A stretch of DNA of 64,000 bases from Hydrurus foetidus (Eukaryota). The DNA lies in contig UYFQ01000779.1 in assembly GCA_900617105.1 (NCBI GenBank), positions 124,001-188,000 of the forward strand, in the 5' to 3' direction. The position numbers and the translations under genes were made by a program. The notes beneath the pieces were generated by a model. It was not told the DNA's origin and ran no database searches. It was given only the letters and a program-made list of their open reading frames with translations. Positions 1 to 11,075 of the stretch are shown here, one piece after another; within the stretch, counting starts at the first letter, position 1, and every line of letters starts with the position of its first letter.

Positions 1-682
1 AATTGTTATTTGCAATCCTAATAATCAACAGGCTATTTATACACTGCCGAGGAAATGGAAGCATTAAAGCAGTTAATAACAAAACACAATCTTTATTTGT
101 TTAGCGACGAGCCTACAGAGAGTTTTGTTATGATGGAAAACAAATTAGTGCAATGCACTTAACTGGTGTTGATGATAATGTGGTGATGATGGATACCATT
201 AGCAAAGATACAGTGCTTGTGGTGGCAGAATTGGTGCTTTGGTTACAAAAACCAAGCATTGCTTGATGCTGTTATGAAGTTTGCACAAGCAGATTAAGCC
301 CACCAAGCTTTGCACAAATTGCAGGAGAAGCAGCCATTGATTTACCAGCAAATTATTTTGATACCACCAAAGCAGAATACCAATCTAGAAGAGATTTAAT
401 TGTTAAAGATTGAATGCAATGGAGGATGTATTTTGCCCTAACCCTGGTGGTGCATTTTATGCCATTGCAAAGCTGCCTATTGATGATAGTGATAAATTTT
501 GCTAATGGTTATTAGAAAGTTTTAATTATAAAGGAGCAACAGTGATGCTTGCACCTGCAACAGGTTTTATGGAACAGCAGGTTTAGGAAACAAGTTAGAT
601 TAGCATACGTTTTAAAACTAGATGATATTAATGCTGCAATGGATTGTTTAGAACAAGCATTGGTTTATCTAATAAAATTTGA
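1..682 (+). CDS. PLP-dependent aminotransferase class I/II (aspartate aminotransferase-like), 5'-truncated by window edge
   Basis: Across frameshifts: IVICNPNN..GY, LFSDE, DTISKRYSACGGRIG (PLP lysine motif), PGGAFY, QVRLAYVL. Confidence 0.9.
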
Positions 683-701
683 TACTGAGTTTAAAAAACA
701 C

Positions 702-729
702 AAAAAGCGTCTTCAATTGAGGACGCTTT
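702..729. terminator. Hairpin terminator after aminotransferase; imperfect copy of the palindrome at 4876-4919
   Basis: aaaaagcgtcttcaattgaggacgcttt. Confidence 0.7.
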
Positions 730-756
730 CTTTATATCAAATTAATCTTTGCTTGG

Positions 757-1195
757 GTTTATCTGTTGTTTTAAAACATAAAACAACAAAATGGAGAAAC
801 TGTTTGCACGTTTACAGCCCAAAGACACGTTTACAGCCAAACTGCGTGTTAACACATTTCTCCTTGTCTACTCAAACCTAATTTTTAGATTGCAATCAGT
901 TTAGCAATAAACACTAAACTATTAGCTCTTTAAAGGGGATTTTTTATGGCTTTTTGGTTTGGCGGAATCTACCTAATAATTGTTTTATCTGGTGTTTAGA
1001 AATACAAAAACAGCAAAATGGAGAAACTGTTTGCACGGTTACACCCTAAAACGACACGGTTACAGCCAAAACTGCACGTTAACAAACTGCTACTTTTTGT
1101 ATTGAACCATTTTTACATTGCCATCAGTTTAGCAGTATACACTAAACTATTAGTTCTTTAAAAGTGCGGTTTATTTTGTTTAGCAATCAACAAAT
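757..1195. repeat. Two degenerate tandem copies of a ~227-bp non-coding unit
   Basis: caaaatggagaaactgtttgcacg at ~787 and ~1014; atcagtttagca..acactaaactattag.tctttaaa at ~895 and ~1123. Confidence 0.9.
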
Positions 1196-1224
1196 TTAAA
1201 CAAAGCTAACAAATCGGTTGATGC

Positions 1225-1390
1225 CTCTGGCAAAACGCCAGAGTTGGCTTGTAAACAGCAAACCCACCAAAAGATTGCTAGGTGCTTCAAACGTAATTGT
1301 TAGGGCAATTTGGCGAAACGCTGGCAAGCTCTAGCAAAACGCTAGAGTGGTTTGCAAGTTGTTGGGAAAGTCAAGCAAAACGCTGGAAAC
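1225..1390. repeat. Degenerate 21-bp-phased array containing GC(A/G)AAACGC hairpins
   Basis: ctctggcaaaacgccagag (1225), tggcgaaacgctgg (1311), ctctagcaaaacgctagag (1329), aagcaaaacgctgg (1373). Confidence 0.75.
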
Positions 1391-1467
1391 AGCAAATGAA
1401 ACAGTGGGTGAAGAAAATAATATATAAAAATTTGAAAATCAATATTTAATAACAATTAAAACAAAAA

Positions 1468-2069
1468 ATGAGTGATTTTATTCAGGACAAGAAGCAGAAA
1501 AGTAAAATGGTACGACAACCTAAGTAGCAAAGCAGGCACACAAGGCACAGCATTGGGCTTAAATGCAGCACAGGTTACCGAATTGCAAAGCATTTGCAGC
1601 GGCATTAAAACCGCTATAAAGGCAAGTGGCGATGCACAAACTGCTGCACAAACTGCAAAAACAGCGAAGGACCAAAAATTAGTGATGGCGAAAAGCAACT
1701 TAGGGTATTTATTAGAACCATTAAAGCTAGCAGTGGCTACAGCGATGCTGTGGCTAAGGATTTTTGATTGTTGGTGAAAGCGTTTTTGACCCTGGCACGT
1801 ATAAGCCTATTATTAAAGCCAGGTAATGCCTGGCAGGGTGGTGATAGAATTTGTAAAAAGCAAATTAGAAGGCGTAAATGTTTATGTGCGATTAAAAGGA
1901 CAAAGTTTATAGACCAAACTTGCTTACGACAGCTATAGCCCTTATGAAGATAACCGACCATTAGCTGTTGCCAACACCCCAGAACATCGAGTATATGGCA
2001 ATTGGTGTGATACAAGATGCAGAAGTAACCCTGCAAAGTGATATTGTGGAAGCTGTGTATGGGGGATAA
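1468..2069 (+). CDS. Hypothetical protein, Ala-rich helical N-terminal part plus a short beta-rich C-terminal domain (frameshifted)
   Basis: KWYDNLSSKAGTQGTALGLNAAQVTELQ... and ...DSYSPYEDNRPLAVANTPEHR..AIGVIQDAEVTLQSDIVEAVYGG*. Confidence 0.7.
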
Positions 2070-2186
2070 TTTATTAACTATAAAACTATTAATAATGAAC
2101 ACAAGTTGAACGACTAAAAAGAACTTACGCTTTAGTTCTACAATAGTACAAAGCCAAAATTAATTAATAAACTAAATTTTTAAGTA

Positions 2187-3280
2187 ATGAAAAGCTAACA
2201 ATTATGTTTGCCTTTATGGCAATGGTTATGGGATTTATTGGATGTAAAAAGAATGATGTGAACAAAGTATAAATACGACCAATTTATCTTTAGCAGATGA
2301 TAAAGCCGTACAAGCAAGAAAGAAAAATAAAACGAGCAAAATTGTTTTACGAAAAAATATTTCTAGTAACATAGCAGAAAAACAACAGTAAATTCAGACG
2401 GCACCCCAGATTGGAATGCTGCATATATTGGAGATATTGTAAGTAAAGGAGAAGCGGTTTTGGTACCACTTAGTTAAGCAGGAGAATTATATGTAAAAAT
2501 TCGTGGACACCAAGACAAGCTTGATTTGAACAAGTTAATTCTCTTTGGATGTACGAAACAGCACCTGGTGTTTTACACTTGAAAGTGTTTCTAATATTCC
2601 TTTAGAAAAAACTAATGGAACAATAACAAAGGAACTTTATCTTGTAAATGATTTAATCACCAACACAGCCAAAGCCTATGTAGAGAATAATGGGATTGTT
2701 TATGATGCAAGTAGAGTTAATAATTATAGCAGATGATGGCAGCAGCATAACAATAACAACCCTTGTTATGATATAGACTGGTACCACTGTTATGAAAATA
2801 ACGAAACTGGCGAAATTTTTAATTGTGAATATGTTACTACAACAACTGTGTGTTCTTTAACTGGTATCCTTGCAGGTATTGGTGGAGGAGGGTGGTTTTC
2901 CTACAGATGACGACAATGAAATTGATGTCGACAAGGATGATATCGAATGGCTTGTTCAAGCAGATATAAATTCACTAACACAGAGTAGTTACCAAATAGT
3001 ATCTTGGTCGTCTTTCAAAGGAAAGCAAAACAAAAAATACATTATTAAATAGATTTACCGGAGTTAGTCAAAAAAATCAGTCCTTTCAAGTTTTTATAAT
3101 CCAAGTTCTAATTCTGTGCCTTTATATAGTGAGTTCATAAATAAAATTGAAATACAATCAAATCCACAAACCGCACTTTCAAAAGTAAGCGGCAGTTTAC
3201 AAGACCAGCCCAATCATATTATTTCAGTTTTAGAGCCAACCCTTGGTTGTTTAGTAACGTTTTTAAATAAGAATCAATGA
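2187..3280 (+). CDS. Hypothetical lipoprotein (frameshifted)
   Basis: Signal MKKLTIMFAFMAMVMGFIGC-KK; internal Cys-containing segment DWYHCYE..NCEYVTTTTVC followed by a Gly-rich linker. Confidence 0.6.
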
Positions 3281-4023
3281 ATAAACACTATATATTCTAT
3301 TTGTTAATTATACCTTTAATATTCTTTCTATCTTGTAACAATACAATCAAGAATGTCTTTTATTGTGGTAAAGCGGTGCAGAGTGTACATTTAATATATG
3401 ACAGTTCTAAAAATAGGTTTGCCGATTCTAATAATTACACATCACATTTGTGGTATAAAGACAATTTTGCTATAGAAAAAGTAATGGGTATACAATTAGA
3501 TTTTGAAGACAAAAACCAATTACAAGGCTTGCCCTCACCTATTATAGATTTTCTGATTTGACTAACCGAGTTTGCTACTATTATCACCACTTTTCAGATA
3601 CTGCCACTATTGTGGCTAAATATTTTATGAGCGATACTATACAGGAGTATAGATTTGGTTGGACTTTTACAAAGATATTCCACAGCACTATTTTAAAATG
3701 GGTATAAGAAATTGACAGATACAGTAATTGCCAACGTAAATTACTCAAGAATTACTGACACACCAACTTACCATATTGATAATAGGGACTACACACATTT
3801 TATTGTTGGTTATATAAGATGTGATAAAAAGATGTGATTCTACAAATGGATAAAGTTATAAATAAAAAATTGGTTGCCCTTTAGTAAGAGTTGAGGATAT
3901 GTCATCTGATGGGAAAAGAGGCTTTACTGATAAAATAGATTTTATTCGAGATAGTTTAACTGCTGAAGAATTAAAAGTTTTGCTGCTTGGGAGAAAAATG
4001 CAAGAGAACATTCTGTGAAGTAG
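3277..4023 (+). CDS. Hypothetical lipoprotein
   Basis: Lipobox FFLSC in ORF 3277..3561; coding-like sequence continues across frameshifts to ...AWEKNAREHSVK*. Confidence 0.65.
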
Positions 4024-4029
4024 TATTAT

Positions 4030-4071
4030 AAAAAGATGCTGCTATAAAATTATTTTTGGCAGCATCTTTTT
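4030..4071. terminator. Bidirectional terminator hairpin
   Basis: aaaaagatgctgc...gcagcatcttttt. Confidence 0.75.
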
Positions 4072-4460
4072 CTTTATTATGACAATAGCCTATCCCCAAC
4101 ATTTTCGTGGTATAAATAGAAAATCAAAAGGACAGGAAATCTAATTGGAAAATTTACTAGTATTAAATCGATACCATAATTTTAAAAAAGCTTATGTTAA
4201 ATTCAATTTTTAGATGTACAACCATTAGTTACTCCACAATGGAGTATTTTAGTTTAGTCAATTGTTTCATTGGTTATGCTGAGTTTATTTGTACTTTTTG
4301 TTATAAAGTTTATAAGTATATAATGAGAAAAGTGTAGCAAGCCAATCTATAAAATGCAAGATATATATCAACATTGTTGGTGTGTATTAACACATCAACA
4401 ATGTTTTATTGTATTTAGACAGTGCTTAAATTATCAAAGTTGAATGTAAAAATATGAGAT

Positions 4461-4846
4461 ATGAAAACTGGAATATTGAAAATACTAACGACAATATTTT
4501 TCATAACAATACTAATTCCTGGCAATATGTTTGCATTGCCTATGGGTTTTGCAATACTTGGTATTTTTCTAATTCAGAGATACAGCTAGTTATTATTTAA
4601 TTCCATCACTCATATCATTGGTTTATTTATTTGTATCATCAACATCGAATAGAAATACTATCAGAGATATTTTTATATCACATTTATGCTTAATTATCTT
4701 GCTTATAACTTCTATTTACGGGTTAAAGGAAATCATAAACAACTTTAATTACCCGCAATAATATCTATAACTATTTATTTTATTTTTCACTTTGGCTAAC
4801 AATAAAATTAATTAAAAGTTACGGAGTGTTGAAAGCAAAACCATAA
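4461..4846 (+). CDS. Small hypothetical membrane protein
   Basis: MKTGILKILTTIFFITILIPGNMFALPMGFAILG, hydrophobic throughout, frameshifted. Confidence 0.5.
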
Positions 4847-4875
4847 TCATAGTAAGGTTGTTTATTATGGAAAAA

Positions 4876-4919
4876 CACTAATAAAAAGCGTCTTCAATTG
4901 AAGACGCTTTTTATTAGTG
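4876..4919. terminator. Perfect 44-bp palindrome; bidirectional terminator
   Basis: cactaataaaaagcgtcttcaattgaagacgctttttattagtg is its own reverse complement; lies just after the TPR gene stop. Confidence 0.85.
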
Positions 4920-4921
4920 AA

Positions 4922-5541
4922 CTACTTGCATTTACTTAAGCCATCGGTTGCAGAAGCATCACCCGGACGATTATAAAGTGCTTGTGTAAATAAAATTTTA
5001 GCATCGGCATTTCTACCAAGATTCAACAGTGTCCAGCCATACATATGGTTTGCATCATAATCAAATGGATTCATATTAACCACTAACTCAAAATACTTTG
5101 CAGCAGTTTCATATTTCTTAGCAGTATAATACGTTACACCTACCCAATAGTTAGCAATGCTGTTGTATGGATCAATCTTTAAGATTTCCTCATACTTTTC
5201 ATAAGCTTTTACATATTGCTTTGCTTCGTTGGCGGGTTTAATGTAACCAAAACGAGCTTCGGTGCTAAACTTTTAAGGTTGATAGCCTTTTGGTAATAAT
5301 CCATCGACTGAGTGTATTGCTTAGACATATAGTGCAACCAACCCATTCGTAAATTCAGCTCATAGCTTTCTGCTTTGTAAACCTTTTGCAGGTCTGCTAT
5401 TGCACTAGCATAATCTGCTTTATACTCACTTACATAACTTGCTTTAAAAGCTTTTGAATATCATCTGTTGTTTGTGCTGTTGCACTTGATACTCCTAGAA
5501 TAATTGCTGAAATAGCAATGACTGATTTTTAAAATTTCCAT
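4922..5541 (-). CDS. Secreted tetratricopeptide repeat protein
   Basis: Signal peptide, then YELNLRMGWLHY, KIDPYNSIANYWVGVTYY, YFELVVNMNPFDYDANHMYGW (TPR-like helices). Confidence 0.8.
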
Positions 5542-5686
5542 TGTAAACCTCCTGTTGTTGAATGTTGATAAAAATCGTTACCTGTTGTTTTATATTTTAA
5601 CTTCTGTTCAAAGTTGTAGTTAAGTGTTAACAGCAAATGTTTGCTTAATGATGCATGGATACTTCGCCGTTGTTGGTGTTCTTTAC
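5529..5686 (-). pseudogene. 3' remnant of a probable outer-membrane beta-barrel gene, truncated by an IS
   Basis: ...LTLNYNFEQK...HSTTGGLQWKF* (terminal Phe); stop overlaps TPR start; 5' part replaced by IS sequence. Confidence 0.55.
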
Positions 5687-5968
5687 CACATCTGTTAGAA
5701 AGATATTTATGATGTAATACACAATAAAATTTCATTGAGCTTATTTGGTTTCCATCACATAATATTACAAGTTCTCTTACGATTTCAATTTCTAATTCAT
5801 TTTCAAATTTCTGTTTAGGTATTTTATACCCTCCAAGTTTTGCTTTCTTAAATGCTGTTAATAAAACAGATGCAATCATAGTTGTATATAATATCACTTT
5901 AATTCCATTTTCAGTTTTATTAATTAGGGTGACTAAAGTTTAGTAATTGCTTGATGAACTTAAAAACA
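5687..5968 (-). mobile_element. IS4-family transposase C-terminal fragment with putative terminal sequence
   Basis: VFFKFIKQLLNFSH..ENGIKVILYTTMIASVLL, the region that follows the YREK glutamate of IS4 transposases; putative end cacatctgttagaaag at 5687. Confidence 0.75.
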
Positions 5969-6199
5969 CTGTCTTGTCCTAAAACACCCTCACACTGTTT
6001 TTAGAGGGAATATCACGACTAGTTATTAATGCAAATTATTACCGTTTGGCTTAGGTCAACAGCACAAAACAAACCACTCCTACCCCTCAATAGAAACCAC
6101 CCTATAACCGTTCCAGAAAATGAGAATTGAAATAAAAAGCAGAGCATTAAAATGCTCTGCTTTTCAATTATAAATATCTGATATCTTATGTCGCTATTT

Positions 6200-7260
6200 C
6201 TAATCTGCCTTTGGTGATTCAACCTTTAAAGAATCTACTTTTAAAGATTTAGATTCCAACACAGGAGCAACTACTGGTGTCGGTGGTGCAGGGTGTTTGC
6301 TGCTTAGCAATTCCACATCGAACAACAATATAGAATTTGCAGGAATTCCCTTAGGGTTAGCAGCACTTCCTGGTCTTGCCTGTGCTCCATAAGCCAATGA
6401 AGATGGAATATAAAATACAGCTTTGAACCAGTTTTAAAAGTGCTATTCCTTCATCCCATCCTTTAATCACTTTAGCCTTGCCCAGCTCAAACACTAAAGG
6501 CTGCGTATGTTTAAATGCAGTATCTGTATTGCTATCGAACTTTGTTCCATCAAGCAATGTTCCTGTATAGTTCATAGAAACGCTATCGCCAGCGTTTGCT
6601 TTTCTCCCTTGCCTTCTTCTTTAATGGTATAGTATAGAAGCAGTTTTGATAGGGGTAATATGATTTTTAACGAAGTAGGCTTTTAAAGCTTTATCATCTT
6701 TTATTAGTTGTTTGGCTTCTGCTGCTTTTGTTTTCCTGCTGCTCTTTCATTTTGTTTCATAAAAGCTTCGTTTTGCTCTTTCTGCACCTGTTCTTTAGAT
6801 TTTATAGAAACCAGTTTAATGAAATACTGCACCTTGTCGCCAACTTTAATAAAATCGGCATCTTGCTTTTTGAGCCTTTAAATAATGCATCTGCATCTAC
6901 CAAACAAGTAATGCTATCTCCGGGTGTCATTAAACTAACAGCTTCAATCAAGTCTCCTTTAAAAGAGGGTTTTGCCACACTAAAAACACCAGGTTTTCCT
7001 TTATATGCTATGGAAGTGCTAAACACCATTCTATTATTGCAAAACGATTGCATATTCAACGATACGATCTCCTTCTTTTGGATTGGGAGATGTTGGTTTG
7101 TTAACTATAAACGCATACTTTAACAGTGGGTTGATAGTTTTATAAGTAAAACTGCTTACTGGTGGTGGTGGTGCGGGTGCTGCAGGTTGATTGTTTTGTG
7201 CTATTGCACTAAGCATAATATACAATTTGCAATCAGTAAATGAATTCTTTGTAGCTTCAT
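6200..7260 (-). CDS. FKBP-type peptidyl-prolyl cis-trans isomerase (two FKBP domains)
   Basis: [41 protein letters not shown]. Confidence 0.9.
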
Positions 7261-7643
7261 TTTGTTTTAAGTTTGATGGGTTTTATCAATGTTTTTAAAG
7301 GCCAAAATAAATACTTTTAAATTAAATACACTTCCATTTACCGGTGAAAATATTGTCTTTGCTATTGAAATTATGGAAGTTAGTACTTAATAATTAATGC
7401 TAAATGATATATGATATGCCAAATTATCAATCAAATTCTTCAGATTAAGATGATGTACTGCCCGATGCAGTGGGGTTTTACTTAATTTTTAAAATGTATA
7501 GTTATGCTAACTCCCACGATACGCCCACCTAACCCTATCAGTGGCACAATAAAGCTATGGTTGCACCTTTTGTTTATTACAATTATAACTATTAATTAAG
7601 CATAGTTTATTAGCTGTTTAAAAGATGGCAGAGTCATTGCCCA

Positions 7644-9981
7644 TTATTCCACAATCCTCAACTTGGCATAATTAAGCATAATCTTTTTCTCTCCATTCAT
7701 CTCAAAGTTAATAGTAGCAATAGGGTTATGTGCAGAGCCTTCTACTCTGGCAACCAATCCAAACCCAAACTTTTGGTGCTCTACTTTTTGTCCAGCTTGC
7801 AAACTGCTGGTATCACTTGCCACAAAATCACTCGATGGAATATGATTTACCGTTGTGTTGCGAGATGGTGGCACCAAATAAGTGGGCTTCTCTTTTAACA
7901 GGCGGTTCTCCATACTTTTGCAGCCAATGCCGCATCATTATTTCCATAGCCAAAGCCACGCTGCATTCTTTCAAAGCCGAGCCTTGGTTATTGCCAAAGC
8001 CACTGCTACTTTTCATTCCTGCCCACTGTAGCTTCTATCAATTTGTGCTTCGGGCATCTCATCAATAAAACGGCTGGGCTCATTTTGTTGCAATTGTCCA
8101 AATCTATATCGGGCATTTGCATAAGTAAGCCATAGCCTTTGCTTGGCACGGGTTACTGCTACATAAAACAGCCTACGCTCTTCTTCTAGCTCTTCTCTTG
8201 TATTAATGCTCATTGCACTAGGGAACAAGGTTTCTTCTACACCAACCACAAACACACAACCAAACTCAAGTCCTTTTGCTGCGTGAATGGTCATTAGTTT
8301 TACCACATCACTATCTTCTTTATCATCATCTGCATCAGTTAATAAAGTAATTTGTTGCAGATATGAACCCAATGTTTTTTCAAGCACTTCTCCATCTTCA
8401 TTACTCGGACTTTCTGTCCACTCTTTAATACTGTTCAACAACTCCTGCACATTCTCGTATCTTGCTAAGCCCTCAGTAGTTTTATCGTTAAATAATTCTT
8501 TAACTAAGTTGGTATTTTACCAACAACAACAGCTACATCGTACGCATTTTATCGGTTAATAAGGTTTGAAAATACCTTATCATCATTACAAAATTATCAA
8601 TAGATTCAAGGGTTCCAGCTTTAAATCCAAATTCTTTTGCACGTTCTAAAACATTGAAAAGTAATGTTTAATTCATTGGCAATTACCAGGCATTTTTCTA
8701 TTGTTGTTTTGCCAATACCACGTACAGGATAATTGATAATTCTCTTCAATGCTTCTTCATCACGTGTGTTTACAATCACTCGCAAATAGGCAATCATATC
8801 CTTAATTTCTTTGCGTTGATAGAAACTTAAACCACCATAAATTCTATATTTAATTCCTTGCCTTCTCAAGCACTCTTCAAAGGCACGAGACTGTGCATTG
8901 GTTCTATATAAAATAGCAAATTCATTATTGCGATAATGGTTGCGTAGTTTTTGTTCCCGAATGGTATCTGCAACAAACTTTCCTTCTTCATTATCGGTCA
9001 TTGTTCGCACCAATTTTATCTTCTCTCCATCTGCAGCATCTGTCCATAACTCCTTTGTTAACTGACCTTTATTATTGCTAATAACTTCATTGGCAACTTT
9101 TAAAATGTTAGATGTACTTCTATAATTCTGTTCCAGTTTCACCACTTTTACATCGTCATAATCTTTAGTAAACTGTAAAATATTTGCAATGGTTGCCCCC
9201 TAAAACTATAAATACTTTGTGCATCATCGCCCACTACACAAATATTTTCGTGAACAGCTGCCAATAATTTTGTAATTTGATACTGCACAGCATTGGTATC
9301 TTGATACTCATCTATCAACACATATTTAAACTTGTGCTGATACTTTGCTAAAGCCTCGTTATGATACTTTAACAACTCATACATCTTCAACAATAAATCA
9401 TCAAAATCCATTGCTCCACTTTTGAAGCAACGATCGGTGTAAGCCTTATAAATTTTGGCAATTGCAGGTCTTTTGCAAAAGCATCTTCTTGCATTAAATG
9501 TTGGTCTAACGCATATTCATCAGCACTTACTAAAGCATTTTTGCAGATGAAATTCTATTTCCAACAATGTTTGGTTTATAGTGCTTATCATCTAATTCTA
9601 ATTCATTAATCACAGCTTTAATTACACTTCTGCTGTCATCTGTATCATAAATAGTAAAGTTGCTTGGATAGCCCAAACGCCCTGCTTCGGCTCTTAAAAT
9701 TCTTGCAAACACACTGTGAAATGTGCCTATGTAAAGGTTTCTTGCTTCATTATTGCCCAACATTCTTTCAATACGCTCCTTCATTTCGGCAGCAGCTTTA
9801 TTTGTAAAAGTTAGTGCCAAAATATTAAAAGAATCTACACCTTTTGCCATTAAGTGAGCAATACGCGTGGTTAATACTTTTGTTTTACCAGAACCAGCAC
9901 CCGCTATAATCATTATTGGGCCATTGATGTGAGTAACGGCTTCTTTTGTGGTTCGTTTAGTCCAATTAAATAATCCTGCAT
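7644..9981 (-). CDS. uvrD: ATP-dependent DNA helicase UvrD/PcrA
   Basis: IIAGAGSGKT, TFTNKAA, IDEYQD, VGDDAQSIY, QNYRS, MTIHAAKGLEF, EERRLFYVAVTRA. Confidence 0.95.
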
Positions 9982-10116
9982 AACGCGTGCAAGATAAGGA
10001 CAGGTGGGCTGATTGGTTTATTTGTTAATTAGTTTATTGGGGAATATTTCCTAGTTAAGAAATTATTGAAATCATAAACAGCCTGTAGCAATAGCTTTGT
10101 AGGACATCCTTTTAAA

Positions 10117-10990
10117 ATGGACAGAAAATTATTTATAAAGTCAATGGCTTTATTGCCATTTATTGGTAAGAATATGAAACTACAAGAACTTCACAAAATA
10201 ACAAATCCATTAGCTGCAACAACCAAAATGCCAGTGTTGTTTCTAGGGCACGGCAGCCCAATGAATGCAATTGAAGACAACGAGTTTGTGCAAGGCTGGA
10301 AAGCCATAGGTAAAACTATACCTAAACCAGCAGCTATTTTGTGTGTATCGGCACACTGGGACCAAAGGCACTTTGTAACTGCAATGGAAAAGCCCAAAAC
10401 GTCACGTGATTTTGGTGGCTTTCCTCAAGAGTTGTTTGCTGTGCAATATCCTGCACCTGGCAGCCAACTTTTGCTGCTGAAACCAAACATATTATTACTA
10501 AAACTGAAGTTGGACTTGACCAACAATGGGGCTGACCACGGCTGTTGGAGTGTTGTAAAACACTTGTATCCCCAAGCTGATGTGCCTGTTTTCAAATGAG
10601 TTTGGATTATGGAAAACCAGCACAATACCATTATGAACTGGCAAAAGAATTGGCATTATTGAGAACAAAGGGTGTTTTGATTGTGGGTAGTGGTAATATT
10701 GTTCATAACCTGCGAATGATTGCTTGGGATAAAATCAGTACACCAAATTATGGCTACGATTGGGCTATTGAAGCCAATGAAAAAATGAAACAGTTTATAC
10801 TGAGCAATAATCATAAAGATTTAATTGCCTATACTTCGGGGCAAGGCGTTTGATTTAGCAATTCCAAGCCCCGACCATTATTTGCCATTGCTTTATACCT
10901 TAGCTTTAAAAGAAGAGAATGAAAAGTAAAATATTTAATGATAAAGCAGTGATGGGTTCACTGACTATGACATCTTTAATGATTGGATAA
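10117..10990 (+). CDS. ygiD: 4,5-DOPA extradiol dioxygenase (YgiD/LigB family)
   Basis: FLGHGSPMNA, SAHW, DFGGFPQELF, DHGCWSV, GSGNIVHNL. Confidence 0.9.
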
Positions 10991-11013
10991 TTATTTTATC
11001 AGTTATCGTTTAA

Positions 11014-11056
11014 AAACAAAACCCTCGAAGTATTTAATATTTCGAGGGTTTTGTTT
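11014..11056. terminator. Bidirectional terminator between convergent genes
   Basis: aaacaaaaccctcgaa...ttcgagggttttgttt. Confidence 0.8.
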
Positions 11057-11075
11057 AATTTTATTGATAACAAAT

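Noticed and set aside
549..881. 110-aa ORF
   Set aside because: It is the frameshifted tail of the aminotransferase reading through the terminator and repeat.
757..1390. CRISPR array or type III toxin-antitoxin RNA repeats
   Set aside because: No identical repeats with unique spacers, no cas genes, and no recognisable ToxN/AbiQ-like gene.
5529..5897. 122-aa ORF as a single real protein
   Set aside because: It is a chimera of an IS4 transposase tail and the 3' remnant of an unrelated gene.
7730..8559. Antisense ORFs over uvrD, and similar shadow ORFs elsewhere in the track
   Set aside because: They lie opposite well-supported genes and show no recognisable motifs.
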